DNA of 63,856 bases, the filler included, from Neolecta irregularis DAH-3 (taxonomy: Eukaryota): the NCBI GenBank assembly GCA_001929475.1. It is 6 parts of 6 records of this genome, joined end to end, with 100 filler letters (N's around TTAATTAATTAA, not from the genome) between each part and the next. Parts side by side here need not be neighbours in the genome. Positions count along the whole stretch, not along the records: positions 24,781 to 49,377 come from LXFE01000178.1; positions 49,478 to 54,044 come from LXFE01000179.1; positions 54,145 to 59,902 come from LXFE01002470.1; 3 more parts are not named here. The stretch is one strand, 5' to 3'. Below are positions 41,253 to 55,220 of the stretch, in pieces (the stretch's first letter is position 1; each line of letters begins with the position of its first letter). The notes under the pieces were generated by a model. The model worked only from the letters and a program-made list of their open reading frames with translations, did not search any database and was not told the origin of the DNA. Made by a program: the position numbers and the translations under genes.

Positions 41253-41634
41253 GATTAACATTCGAACCATGTCTTGAAATTCCACGTGTCGAGCGATCCT
41301 CATCGTAGTATCAATGCCAAATGATTCAATGTAACCAGACGAGAAGGTTTACGTTGTTGCAAGACTATTCATATATTGTTCCAATAAGAAACAGAACCAG
41401 CACACGTCGATATAGAAAAGAAACCAGAGTGAATTCGAGTTCTCGGCGATCCCAACCTCCGTTCTTCAAACTGCGACTCCACATTTTAGCATCCCTCTCA
41501 TTGCCTCGAGTTGCTTTCTTGAGTCTAACTGCGTGTGAATACTGAGGCAAACAGGTATATCCTGTTGGCTGGCGAGTACGATAGGTGGATGTTTATAGCG
41601 GTAGCCGTATCGTGAACTTGGCAGTTTCTGTCCA

Positions 41635-42561
41635 ATGACGGAGAATTTTGCTCTGGCCACTAGAGCTTCTGTCTGCAATTTTCCATTGAAGCGGCAGCGG
41701 TCAGAGTCGAGTTTCGACGAGGATCAGAGCTCCGGCGACTCGTATTCTACCGGATATTCAGAGCGCGACGGTAGCTATGCAGCCACTATAAGTTCTGGGT
41801 CGCATTCTCTGTTAGACCAGCCGCAAAGGGCCTCGTGGTTACAGGATTACAGGATCACTTCTCGCGACATTGACAAAATTGAGCAGAAATCACCTAAAAG
41901 ACAAAAGTTATCGCAGGACCAATACATACCAAAGTCAACCGAGCTTACTTCTGATCCGTCGCTCGAAGCGCCTTGTACGGATCATAATCTTCCTCCATTC
42001 ATTTTACAATACGGCCTTTCCAATACCCATGAAAATCGTCAAAATATCGATTACTGTTGGATTATGCAAAATGTTGCGGTTTCAAACCCCGTCATCGATC
42101 TGTACGCAAGTGCACTCTTTGAGTATGGACCATTTCACGAACTGGACTTACCGCCTATCACATATATGTCACAAACTCCTCATTCTGCAGAACCGATTCC
42201 ATGGCATCAAACTATACATGGCCAATGCTCTTTTCCACGAGTGTTCCATTGTCAAGAACACCAAGTCAAGATTTGCGAATCGACAGAACCGCTTCCAACA
42301 CCGGAAAACTTGATTCACACGCTTCACTCCCCGGATTTAGCAGCTCACTCCCAACCCACAAAGGTCAAATTGGCCCCGCTTCCCGCATCGCACCGAGGTC
42401 ATGCATTACTTTCGATCGATAATCTTGATCTGGACGATATCACTGTTACCGAATGTAAAAAGATACTGAAACAGAGAGGAGAACCGACAACTGGGAAGAA
42501 GGAGCTTCTCATTAGTCGGATTAAACTTCTCCAATCTGCTCAAACGAGAATATGTACATGA
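41635..42561 (+). CDS. Hypothetical protein with C-terminal SAP domain
   Basis: 308-aa ORF ending LDDITVTECKKILKQRGEPTTGKKELLISRI. Confidence 0.75.
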   Translation: MTENFALATRASVCNFPLKRQRSESSFDEDQSSGDSYSTGYSERDGSYAATISSGSHSLLDQPQRASWLQDYRITSRDIDKIEQKSPKRQKLSQDQYIPKSTELTSDPSLEAPCTDHNLPPFILQYGLSNTHENRQNIDYCWIMQNVAVSNPVIDLYASALFEYGPFHELDLPPITYMSQTPHSAEPIPWHQTIHGQCSFPRVFHCQEHQVKICESTEPLPTPENLIHTLHSPDLAAHSQPTKVKLAPLPASHRGHALLSIDNLDLDDITVTECKKILKQRGEPTTGKKELLISRIKLLQSAQTRICT

Positions 42562-42865
42562 CCACCTCATGTTGGACATTATTAATTAACATTTCGTGGA
42601 ATGCTCTTCTTTTTTCGTATCAATATTTCCTTTGGGGTTCAGGAGAAGGGGTGCATATGTCAATGCAATAAAATATCGGGCATTATTGGTCTAGCAAAGG
42701 AAACGTACTGAAGTAGTATTTCATTGTTCAACAAGTGTAACAGACTCGATGAAATCTCCCGTTGAACATCTGAAACAAATTTCAGTCGAATGTGGGAACT
42801 TCTTTACAGTATGGCCAACCACCAACCACCGGGTTATTTCGAGTTGGGGCTTTCCTTGACAAAAC

Positions 42866-43030
42866 CCGTCTGTGCGGATATACCGGGTGCCGCCTGGATG
42901 GATCTGAATAAGTGCATCTTGGCCGACTGCAATTGTAGGTGTTGATGAGAAAAAACAGGTATCAGTTACTTCTTCCACTGTCTCTCCAATGGATAAAATC
43001 AATGTTCCATTGGAGAACGAGAGAATGTCA
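42866..43030 (-). pseudogene. Isolated fragment of RSE1/SF3B3 (U2 snRNP SF3b130)
   Basis: [51 protein letters not shown] matches the central propeller of SF3B3, with a small deletion and substitutions. Confidence 0.8.
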
Positions 43031-43169
43031 AAAAACCCAGTTCTCAAACATCCTTATCATTATCATCAACGACGAAAGAATAACCTACTTCTCCATTATC
43101 TCGAACAGTGCTGATTTGCGGGGTTTGTGGTCCATACAGCTGTAGGTCGTTTTTGTACTGAAAGTTTTG

Positions 43170-43295
43170 TACAATTCCTCCTTATAACGAACCCAACTAC
43201 CCTCCAAAATTGTATTGTGCATCATGATAGAAAATCTGCCTTATAACAAATTCAGCATCCTTGAACGTCACATTCGTTATAAGCAGGTTCGACTG
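43170..43295 (+). mobile_element. Terminal fragment of the pogo-like element
   Basis: ATTCGTTATAAGCAGGTTCGACTG|TA is the reverse complement of the 5945 terminus; similarity extends ~70 bp. Confidence 0.8.
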
Positions 43296-43585
43296 TAGCT
43301 AAAAAAGTGACAGAGCTGAAAAAAGAATTCGCGGTTGGGACATGTGAAACTGACTCGTAAATTTTGCAGCAATTAGAGAATTTCTACCACTTGCTTTTCC
43401 CAGACTTGTCGGCTATTACCACCATTCTCCAAATCAGGTACATCATTTTAATTTTCCCTTGCTCGATCAATGATGCCTGCATAATAGATGTTAGACTACT
43501 GATTACTCATGTTGATCAATATTTCATGCCTGAGACCTCGAATATATATCTTCTTCTATGAAAATGAATAAGCACTAATTCTTAG

Positions 43586-45301
43586 ATGTGTGGAATATTA
43601 GGGGTTTGCCTGACCGATTCAGCTGAATGTGCGAGTCCACTTCTTGCTGAAGGGCTAACGGTTCTTCAACATCGCGGTCAGGGACAATTTCTTACCAAGG
43701 GTGTCCTAATATTTAGGATGCTGCGGGAATAGTAACGTGCGGACCCCATGGGAAACTGTATCAGCGTAAAGGAAACGGAATGGTCAGCGATGTATTTAGA
43801 GATGAAACTTTGCTGATGGGTTTGTTGGGCTGTATGGGAATTAGTCATGGTACACTCTGAAATTTTCTTCATAGTATTGATTTCAGTGCGATATCCAACA
43901 GCAGGAAGCTCCGCAAATGCGGAAGCTCAGCCGTTTTATGTTAATGCGCCGTATGGGATTAGTCTTGCTCATGTATCTCTTTCATAATTAATTTACTCTG
44001 ACAATGCAGAACGGAAACTTGGTTAATGCGCCCACCTTGAAAAGGTTCCTTGACGCAGTTGAACACAGACATATAAATACAGACTCCGATTCCGAGCTCT
44101 TACTCAACATCTTCGCTGCAGCCCTTCAGAAAACAGGGAAATCGAGAACAAACGCAGATGATCTATTCACCGCTTGTAAAAGCATCTACACCCAATGTGT
44201 CGGAGCGTATGCCTGCGTGGCTATGATCGCAGGGTTTGGCATAATCGCGTTCCGGGATCCTCATGGCATCCGTCCTCTAGTGTATGGTCGAAAGAAGTCA
44301 AGGACAGGAGGTTATGACTATGCTTTTGCTAGTGAAAGTGTTGCATTGAATTTCCTTGGCTTTGACGAATTCTGGGACGTGTTACCTGGACAAGCTGTCC
44401 TTGTACAAAGGAAGAACCAGGACGAGCAAAAAGATCCTATCATCAGACAAGTCTATCCCGCGCTAGCTTATGCTCCGGATATCTTCGAGTACGTCTATTT
44501 CGCTAGACCAGACTCTGTTATGGATGGGATTAATGTTCATCATTCAAGGCTAGCCATGGGCGTTTCTCTTGGAAAATCTGTTGTTCAAAAGTTGGAGAGC
44601 ATGGGATTGAGTAGGGACGATGTCGATGTTGTTATTCCAGTTCCTGACACCAGTCGAAACTCGGCATTGAAATTGGCTAATGAATTTGGATGGACTTATT
44701 CCGAGGGATTCGTCAAGAACCGTTATATCTTCAGAACATTCATTATGCGCGAGCAGAGCACAAGGTTACAATCAGTAAAATGAACACGTTAACATTTAGA
44801 ATTAAAAGCGTACGAAGAAAGCTAAGTCCCATGCCATCCGAATTCGCAAACAAAAACGTTCTTATCGTCGACGACTCAATAGTACGAGGAACAACATCGC
44901 GAGAAATAGTACGAATGGCCCGAGAAGCAGGAGCTGCAAAAGTCTATTTCGCAAGTGCGGCCCCACCTGTTCGTTACCGTCATATTTATGGCATCGACCT
45001 TGCAGATGATCGCGAACTTGTTGCATTCGGTAAATCGGAATATGAGGTTGCTGATATTATTGAAGCGGATGCCGTTATTTACCAATCCTTGCCGAATCTT
45101 GTAGAAGCTTGTCGAAGCATAAATCCTAACATCAAAGAATTTGAGGATGGTGTATTCTCTGGAAAATATATCACAGAAGTGCCGAAAGGATATTTCGGAC
45201 ATCTAGAAGAAGTGCGTGAATTCAATGCTCATCAAAAGGCCATTGGAGTTGAATTTCATGCACCAGATGATATTGCACTTTATAACTACAGGGGGTGTTA
45301 A
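43586..45301 (+). CDS. ADE4: Amidophosphoribosyltransferase
   Basis: MCGILG start, [39 protein letters not shown]; first CDS intron has a GG donor. Confidence 0.96.
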
Positions 45302-45370
45302 TGTATTGGTAGTATTTAATTTAGATGACAGTATATATGGAGTTTTCGAGCATTGCATATCATCGAGATT

Positions 45371-46604
45371 TTATATTGTGACCGTCTCGAAAAGGTCATT
45401 GCCTCCGTCTTCCCCTGTCTCTGTTGGACTAGGTAGCTTGCAGATTGATGAATCCTCTTGCGCAGTTTCAATTGTCCTTCCTTCGGGTGATGTTTCCTCA
45501 GGGAGAGATACTTCTGAGTTTTCAGACTTTGTAATTTCCGAATTGTTTTGTTCTGCATATGGACTTTGTTTACTTGGTTCGGCGGGTTCCTCGTAGATTG
45601 GTGCTTGCTGATAAGGATGCACTGTTCGAGATAATGGAGAAGTAGGTTCTTCTTTCGTCGCTGATGATAATGATAAGGATGTTTGAGAACTACGTTTTTT
45701 TGAATTATACGATTGGCTAGTTGGGCCGACAGATTGTCTTCGCAAAGCAGGATCAGCACCCAGATAGTATCTTGCCTTTAGTAATTCATCTACAATAGGT
45801 TAATATACCCTTTCACTCCGACTATGCGTCCTTCTTGAGCACATGCTTCAATCCAGTCAACTGTAACACTCGGTATACTCTTTTGCTCAGCCTTCTTCCA
45901 TTCTTCGCCTCTTCCAACTGCACAAACAAAATGAGTTGTATCGATCTGAACAGTCTCCTGGATGGGTAATCGTGCACCAATATTGATAACTGCTGCTTGC
46001 AAGCGCTTCTCCTCGGACTCGGGTAATTCCCCTTTACAAATCGTAATTCCAGAGAGATCAGTCATTTTATGGGTATGAACGGTCAGCGGAGGCGAACTAA
46101 AAGTTCCACCGGTGGTAGAAAGGACTAGATGAAACGAGTAAATAGTATCGAGTTGAAGACCGCTAAGTTTGGTAACTGTTTGATTCATCGGATCAGGAAT
46201 CTTTCCCAAACGATGTCCATTCTTCCATAAACTCAAGTCTTTGAAGGTGCATGAAGCAAGTTCTAAAGGATCCCATTCCAATACTATGCTCGTTTGTGTG
46301 GCGTTACGAAGACGAAGTACTGGGGGAGATGGAGATGTGGATCCGTACTTTTGGAGTATCTGAGCTTGCAACAAGTTGAATTTCTCAATTTCTTCCTTCT
46401 CAGCCTGATGGTCCTGACAAACAGTAATGTTGATTATGCTTCCTGCTGTAACTGCTTTGGGGAGAAGTATTGATGGAAACTCGATTTGATGATGATCAGA
46501 AGTCAAAAGGACGGCCTGCAGAAATAGTATTAGCTTTCTTCTCTGATGATTGAATGAACCATCCCAGCGTCAAGCTTTCCTACTGTGAGTTGCTGTCCTC
46601 CCAT
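45371..46604 (-). CDS. CHS5: Exomer subunit Chs5/Cfr1 (FN3 + BRCT)
   Basis: TVGKLDAGM/AVLLT, IEFPSILLP, LRNATQTSIVLEWDPL, THKMTDLSGIT, IDTTHFVC; acidic tail. Confidence 0.94.
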
Positions 46605-47954
46605 GGAAAAATGAAAGGACAACAATGGTGGGGAAACGCTCTTTATCGATATTCTCGGATTTTACGTGGTCAAAACAAGACGCATGTCCTAAGATCCTAT
46701 ATTAGACTATTTAAATAAATTTAGAAGAGTCAATATCATATTGTTGCATAAAAAGGATTTCATTGTCCTGAGGGAATGCCGCATGGTGGAACGGGGCGTG
46801 CTGTTCTTAGCCTGTTCTCGTATCTTTCTGCAGCCAGCTCAACCTTTCAATTGAGAGTAATCCGGTTTCCTTTGCAAATTTTATGTATAATAAGTTCTGC
46901 AGCTTTCAACTTACTCCTGGCGCATGAAATACGCAGATTGCGTAGGGAGATTCGCGATTTTATCTTGAGTACTTTACTGCGTGCTTTGAGGAAAAAGGCG
47001 GGAAAAGATTCGAAAGGAAATCTATAGAGCTGAAATAAGAAAGCTCGAGTGGACTTGGTAAAGAGGGAAGTTCAGATATTGTATTCTCGGCATCTGAAAG
47101 GCTAGCTCCTGGGCTATATCTACAGAAAAGGAAATACAGCGTCCCCTTTTCCTGCAGAAAGTGAGATATTTAAAGAAATTGACAAATAAGGGAAGACTAT
47201 CTAAAGAAAAACCGTCAAGTGACTATTGAGTACTTAACCTGTCCTTGATGATGGTAGTGTTTGAGATTAGGCAATTCCCTCAATTTATCCGGTGAACAGG
47301 CTTTATTGCACAGATTACTGATAGAAATGTTTGGATAAGGAGAGTAGGTTGTTGTAGTTGATTACGAAAGGGAGGGGTTTCAAGCAATAGTGTTTTGGAA
47401 GCGAATGAGAAGGGGAAGTGATTGTAAAATCAAGATGGTTAGAACTTTACTTTTGAAGAAGACTTGCGAAAATGTGCCTCTTGCAACAGGTATTACTCAC
47501 TACGGTGCAGTTGACTTTTACACTAAAGATTCCAGCACACGCTTCATAATTCCCCGTGTAGTTATTAGTGCTGATTCCTTAAAAGTGATTCCGGAAACTA
47601 AATTGGCAAAGTGAAATGGTTCCTGAAAGCGTCAGCTCTATTTTTAGATCATAGGGATTGCTTAATGCTTAAAGACCCATCAAAGATCCTAGATGGTGTT
47701 CTAACTGCAAAAACCGTCCGGATTTAATTACAGAAATGCAACCGTTTCGCTCTTGTGAATTCCAGTACTTTTTATGTATAATTGCCCTTTACGGCCTAAA
47801 ACTGTCGACATGGGTCAAGTCTAAGAGTTTGGTCAAACATTCTCCTTTTTTAGTTGGCAGATGAACTTGTATTCATATCTCTTTCCTTCCCTTTTGCTAG
47901 ATTAGTTCGTCGCCTCAGCCCGCTCTTTCATATTTCGATTTTTGCTGCTCTACA

Positions 47955-49112
47955 ATGAGTGTTCACACTGGACTCAGTTCTCCTATACTCTCTCAACCTC
48001 TTGTTATATTTGGACCCCTTGGTGAGAATGTCACTCTCCATTTGCGTGACTTGGAAGAAGTTAGTATGTTGCTGCCTTTGAGGATTGACATATTGACCTT
48101 CCAGTGTTTCCTAGGCTCATGAATTGTTCAGCATACACTTCCCATATCTCAATGTGTGCAGCTGTGCTGTTCGTCCTTTTAATTACAACTCAACGAGATC
48201 GCCTGAAAACACCTGTTCACATATTTAACATACTCAGCCTGATTAGTTCAATCATATTTAGCGCAATGCAATACATAAACATGACAGGCCCCGCTTTTCA
48301 AATCGAAGTACAACTATTTCACGATTTTACAACACTTTCTCAAAAGAATACCAATTTCGCTCATATTATACCGATGTTTGGCTCGATCGTCGTCGGTTTT
48401 ATTGAATTTAGTCTCGTTTTACAATGTCGCTCAGTGTTTGCGTCATATAAAAGCATCAGAAAGTGGATGACTTTAGTGACTACCTCTGTTGCCACAGCCG
48501 TCACATCGTGGTGTCTTGCCGTCGATATACACCGGTCTCTCTCATTCGGAAGCGGGACTGGTAACTTGACTTGGATGGACAAATCAAAGAACATTATCTT
48601 CGCCTTTAGTATCTGCTTCTTCTCTTCAATTTTCGTCACAAAACTTTGGAGGTCTATTCATACTCAAAGAAATCTTGGATTTAGACAATTTGGTCCTTTG
48701 CAGGTGATTTTCATCATGGCATGCCAATCCATGATTCTGCCACGTATAATCCCACATTTAATTCGCCAGGTCTAATATTACAGTGGTCTTTTGTTTCTTC
48801 GGAGTCCTTTATCCCGTTCAGGTTGCTGTGAGTCATACTGCAAGAGTCATGGTCGCAATCAATTTACCGCTCTCCTCTGTTTGGGCAGCAGCCCAGGCTG
48901 ATATGACTACTGATGACAACATTTCTTCTCTTATGCAGAGTTTCGTCCAACCTATGGATTCGAGTTTCGGTAATATTTTATCCTCGGGTTCTGGCGTTCT
49001 TCTACACCCTGATGTTCCAACATCTCCGAAATTCGACCAAAACAAGAACATGGATATCACCATTGGAAATTACCTCGAGAATAAAGGTTACATGGATAGT
49101 AATGCGTTATAA
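47955..49112 (+). CDS. STE2: Peptide (alpha/P-factor-type) pheromone receptor GPCR
   Basis: KTPVHIFNILSL, IEFSLVLQ, KLWRSIHTQRNLGFRQFGPLQVIFIMACQSMILP, LPLSSVWA; 2 introns. Confidence 0.92.
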
Positions 49113-49207
49113 GGAATTCTGACATTTGTAATATTTTAAATTACAAGACTGGATTTTGTGGTATATTTGTTTATTTTAATACATAAGTATTTAAGCAGTA
49201 TGTCCAC

Positions 49208-49320
49208 TGTAAGCGATCGCCGAAGTACGAATAAGACCAGGTATATTCTAGCCTAAGTAATTGTATTTCTTTAAAGAGGTGTACCTAACCTAAGTAATTG
49301 TACTTGGTTAGGTATGCGCA
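49208..49320. repeat. Solo-LTR-like dispersed repeat copy
   Basis: TGTAAGCGATCGCCGAAGTACGAATAAGAC..CTAGCCTAAGT; reverse-complement match to 38655-38774. Confidence 0.6.
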
Positions 49321-49851
49321 GACTTGCTAACAAGTAAGCAAGTCCAATTCTGGACTTTGGACTTGCTTGCTTGCATANNNNNNNNNNNNNNNNNNNNNNN
49401 NNNNNNNNNNNNNNNNNNNNNTTAATTAATTAANNNNNNNNNNNNNNNNNNNNNNNNNNNNNNNNNNNNNNNNNNNNCAGTGTCCATTCATGTCCATTGC
49501 AAGGCTAACCCTAACCCTAAGATCTTGTCCTAGACATTGGTGACATAATATCAGGTTGACGCCTCTGATTTCCTGGTTTGTATTTCTAAAACCAGCAGTT
49601 AATATAGCATTAGCCCATTTCATCGTTGTGAGACAATGTCAAGTCTATCAAAACAGGCGAAGCTAACCGAGCAAGGGGCATAAAATTAGTTTCAAATGGT
49701 TTTTGCGTCATTTGCACTTTCAGAAAATCTCAACTTACTCGCTTAAAATTCACCCAAACACCAGGACGCACACTCACAAACACTGGATTTTTCAAGTTGT
49801 TCTGAAATCAATTCGTATTTTATCGGCAACTCGTTAATATCCAAATTTTGA

Positions 49852-50748
49852 ATGAAAAAAAAGTTTGCAGTAACCATCAACGATCTTCCCAACCACATAT
49901 GGCTTCAAATCGCAGAATACTCTATCATGACTAGTCTCAAAGAGCGTCATAATAAGTTCATTCACAACGCTGTAATACTGTGCAAACGTAGTTTTCGCCT
50001 ATTCAATCCAATTTTGTACCGCGATGTGCGTCTCCATCTTGCCAACCAATCAAAATGTCTCTATCGGACACTCCTATCAAACATTACCTTTTGCAAATAT
50101 GTCAAAACAATCTCCTTCTCTTTCGATTCAGATGGAATCGAATCGCGAGATAGAGAGATAATGGGACAGGCAACTGACTGCGCTGCCGTAATTTATCGGA
50201 TACTACCCCTTCTATCAAACATAGAATTGCTGGATCTGGATGTATCAAGGTATCAGTTGTGGGATATTCCAAGCTTAGAGAGTCGGGCAATCAAGCCTAT
50301 CCACATCTCTGCATTGCAAAAATTGACCTATTCGATGGATTCGGTATTTCCGATATCCATTATTTCGTCAACCACGCTAGCAAACATTTCTTTTCTCCGC
50401 CTGTCGATCGTTTCGATTATCAAAGGCCTGGGATTCCCCTTGTTGGGATTTACAAATTTAGTTGAAATGGAAATAGTTTCTGACCGGTTAAACTGTTCAA
50501 CGCACTCGTTTACGCAATCGGTTCTACAGGACGCGTTGATGCTCTGCCGTTCCATTAAACGAGTTACCGTCGAAACATCGTTCCCATTATGCGAACAGCA
50601 CCACGAAACCCACGTTTGCGAACTGTGGCTTTTTGCATTGTATTTCGAAAGAAAGGGCGCAGAGTTTGATATAATCCCATTAGAAGAATGGAACGAGGAA
50701 TGGGATGTGGTACGTGCCATCATGGGATCTTCCGAGGAACAAGAATAG
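49852..50748 (+). CDS. Lineage-specific F-box protein, intronless
   Basis: INDLPNHIWLQIAEY...LCKRSFRLFNPILYRDV. Confidence 0.72.
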   Translation: MKKKFAVTINDLPNHIWLQIAEYSIMTSLKERHNKFIHNAVILCKRSFRLFNPILYRDVRLHLANQSKCLYRTLLSNITFCKYVKTISFSFDSDGIESRDREIMGQATDCAAVIYRILPLLSNIELLDLDVSRYQLWDIPSLESRAIKPIHISALQKLTYSMDSVFPISIISSTTLANISFLRLSIVSIIKGLGFPLLGFTNLVEMEIVSDRLNCSTHSFTQSVLQDALMLCRSIKRVTVETSFPLCEQHHETHVCELWLFALYFERKGAEFDIIPLEEWNEEWDVVRAIMGSSEEQE

Positions 50749-51089
50749 TCCAAGAGATAAATGATTGTTCGACAGACACGCTGCAAAGTCAGTTCCTTTC
50801 GGTTGATGCCACGTTATCTCTGGACAATATACTTGCTTTTATCTTGCAAACTTTGAGATAAAGGTGGCTCAAGTCTCCTCCACTATCTCACCAAATTGAT
50901 CGTATGGCCATTCAAGAATTATCGATCTAAAGTGTTGCACTCCTATTCGCTCACCTTTTCGGACTCTGAAACCCACATCAAATCCGACAATCCATTCGAT
51001 AAAACATCACCTTGGTTCCACTAAGGGATAGCGGCTCAATAGTCAAACGCCTCACCTCCATAATTCCATCCCATCACTAAATCTTCCTC

Positions 51090-51985
51090 ATGCAGTTGAT
51101 CAATATCATAAAGAACGACCTTTTATGTCTTTCGCTTTGCTCTAGTCTCTCCACGAAATCGCTCTTCTCGTTATCGGTCACTTCAAGACTAATCCATGCA
51201 ACTTTGATTACTACCAGCGGTGTGTGGCGGTCTCTGGAATTCGCAGAACACGAAAATCTAACCACCGCTATCCCCCGACTTTTAAAACGCCCTGAAATAC
51301 TGTACGACCTGAGAATATTGATACTTGACAACACATCCATTTCTCACCAATTTCTCTGCGATATATTAACGAACCCCTCCTTGCGGATCGCAGAACTTTC
51401 GATACGAGGATGTGCAAACGTGAATATCGACCACTTTTCAAAAGCGATAAAACGTTTGAATAAAGATTCACAACCTTGTTCGCTAAAACTTATTCGAGTT
51501 ATGGGACACCCTGAAATACGAGGAGGATCAGCGGCATCCATCGCAAGAGACTTTATAGATGATCTCGGAGATCTCATCAGAACCGACATTCCAGGTTTCT
51601 GCTGCGGCGTAGTTGCCCTTGAAACAGAGAGTATATGTAACTGTGGAATGCGACAATTCTTGTGTCCCAAATGTCGACAACGTAGAAAAACCTGTCTTTC
51701 GTGCAATACCTGGAAATGCGAGAGATGTGACCCGAGAATCCTGGTACGAACTATGCTAGGATATTGCTGAATAGTAGTATGTTAAAACCCTCTGTTACGA
51801 CTGTGGACCGAGATGTACGCCATGTAAAATGACAGAAACGTGTCTTTGGTGTGGAGCCCATTACTGTGTGGTACGGACCACTCATTCCCTGAACTCGTCC
51901 TCACTTTTTCTAGGAACACCGTGAGCGAAAATCCGAGAAAAGAAAGTACTGCGATTGGTGCTGTGTCGGTGGTCGCAAGCGATAA
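51090..51985 (+). CDS. F-box/LRR protein with Cys-rich C-terminus; true start may be upstream (~50761)
   Basis: LSTKSLFSLSVTSR, LRILILDNT, LSIRGCANV, then multiple CxxC motifs over 3 exons ending CDWCCVGGRKR*. Confidence 0.68.
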
Positions 51986-52203
51986 TTGGTGTGTCACGAG
52001 ATTGAAATATTCACCATTTACTTTTAGTAAGCATTGATGAAAAGTTGCTAAGGTTTCGGTGTTTTGGCTCGTTGTCCTTTTTTCATTATTTGCTGTTCAT
52101 GTCAATACATTTGTGAGGTTTATCTTTTTTTGGTAATGGATATCAGTGTTTTCATTTCTTCATATGTATACAAGAACATATTAGAAGAGATAAATGGGCT
52201 TCA

Positions 52204-53678
<1,475 letters not shown>

Positions 53679-54144
53679 ATCTTTGTAAATTGCGGTGCTT
53701 GAGTATAAATATGTTGCTCGAGAAATGTAAAATATGCGAGACGTGAAGGGAAATAACCACCGCCACCACACCCACTCAAAGCTTTGCTTATACCCATCTA
53801 GATGCCTGTTATCCGTGATCCATCTCTACAGGAACCAGCAACACTATTGATAATGCATACAATTGGATTCTAAAGCCTCATCAAGACCTGAACCATGGTG
53901 CTATAGAAAAAACATACCCTGAACTTAAGAAGTATGCTTGTGGAATTAGCTGAGAGAAAATCAGGTGGCTATTGCCACGTTGTATTGTCTGTCAGTTAAA
54001 TGCAGCAAGTAAAGAATATTTAGAAGTGACTCAACAGAGCCCATNNNNNNNNNNNNNNNNNNNNNNNNNNNNNNNNNNNNNNNNNNNNTTAATTAATTAA
54101 NNNNNNNNNNNNNNNNNNNNNNNNNNNNNNNNNNNNNNNNNNNN

Positions 54145-54324
54145 GGAAAGGAAGCCGCCTAGGACGTCTGCTGCTGTGACTGCTACGGTAGAGGTTAATC
54201 TTTCAAGCTTTGACAGCAAAATACGGAGACGATCCACGGACAAAGCAAAGGTAAGTTAAGTCTTGCCAATGTGGGGAACAATAATTTATTATGACTTTTT
54301 TCATAAGGCACTTCTGTCTCCGAA
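54145..54324 (+). repeat. Near-identical duplicate of 57210-57389 (3' end of the APH-like gene)
   Basis: Direct match with two visible substitutions. Confidence 0.9.
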
Positions 54325-55011
54325 NNNNNNNNNNCAAGGATCCTTGTGTGAAACCGAATAAAGTACTCTGTATGAGATGTCGAACCAGTGCTCCGAATCG
54401 CAAGCTACCATGACTCCCCCAACGGTCCAAGGCCCGCTGACGTCAACGCCGATCAAAGCAGCCTGACGCGTGCAAGGCAGTACCACCGAGCCAAGTCAGG
54501 AAGATCACAAGCTTTTCCACCCGAGAGGTATGCAGGGAGGCAAACAGAGATGAGGAAGCCCATGTGCCAGTTCTTCTATAAATAGGGCCTGGCTTGATTA
54601 GCAAGTCAGGTCAAACCGGAGCAATAATATACGTAGTTGCCATCGTATATTCCTAGTGAAGCCTCCTGAGCGGCAAGTCCGGACACCCTCCGCTCACACT
54701 ATGTTAGTTCGTGAGGAATACCTAACCCATGACTTCACTTGACCCGGCAGGAGTAACCGTAACCAGTATAGCTCAGAGTCTGCCCAATGGAGGAGCATAT
54801 TAGACCAGAAAAGAAAAGAAGAGATTCTGCGGGACCCAAAGCATTATGAGAGCGCAAATCGGTTAGAAGTACCTCGGCTGGAGGAGACCGCTAGTGGAAG
54901 ACCCCTGGTACTATATGCTACATAAAGAAGGCTGGCTGGACTAATGAGGAGGCTTTAGCCGACAATTTTAATAGTATTGTTACTTTCCAAATTGTTGTTA
55001 TGCTGCCCAGT

Positions 55012-55220
55012 TGTTTTAATACTCCGAAGTACAAATAAGACCGGGTTTATAGTACTAGCCTAAGTGTTGTATCTTCTAGGGAAACATACCTAGCCTACGT
55101 GTTGTATCTTAGGCTAGGTATTCTAATTACATCAAGCTTATATCCGGCCATAAAGGTCGCAATATAATTCCACGCCTCTTGCTGTATCAGTAAGGTGTAC
55201 CTGAAGGGTACATTCTTACA
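55012..55220. repeat. Solo-LTR-like dispersed repeat copy
   Basis: TG...CTTACA; CCGAAGTACAAATAAGAC..CTAGCCTAAGT core. Confidence 0.5.

Noticed and set aside
46776-47614. Small ORFs between CHS5 and STE2
   Set aside because: No consistent spliced model or recognisable motif
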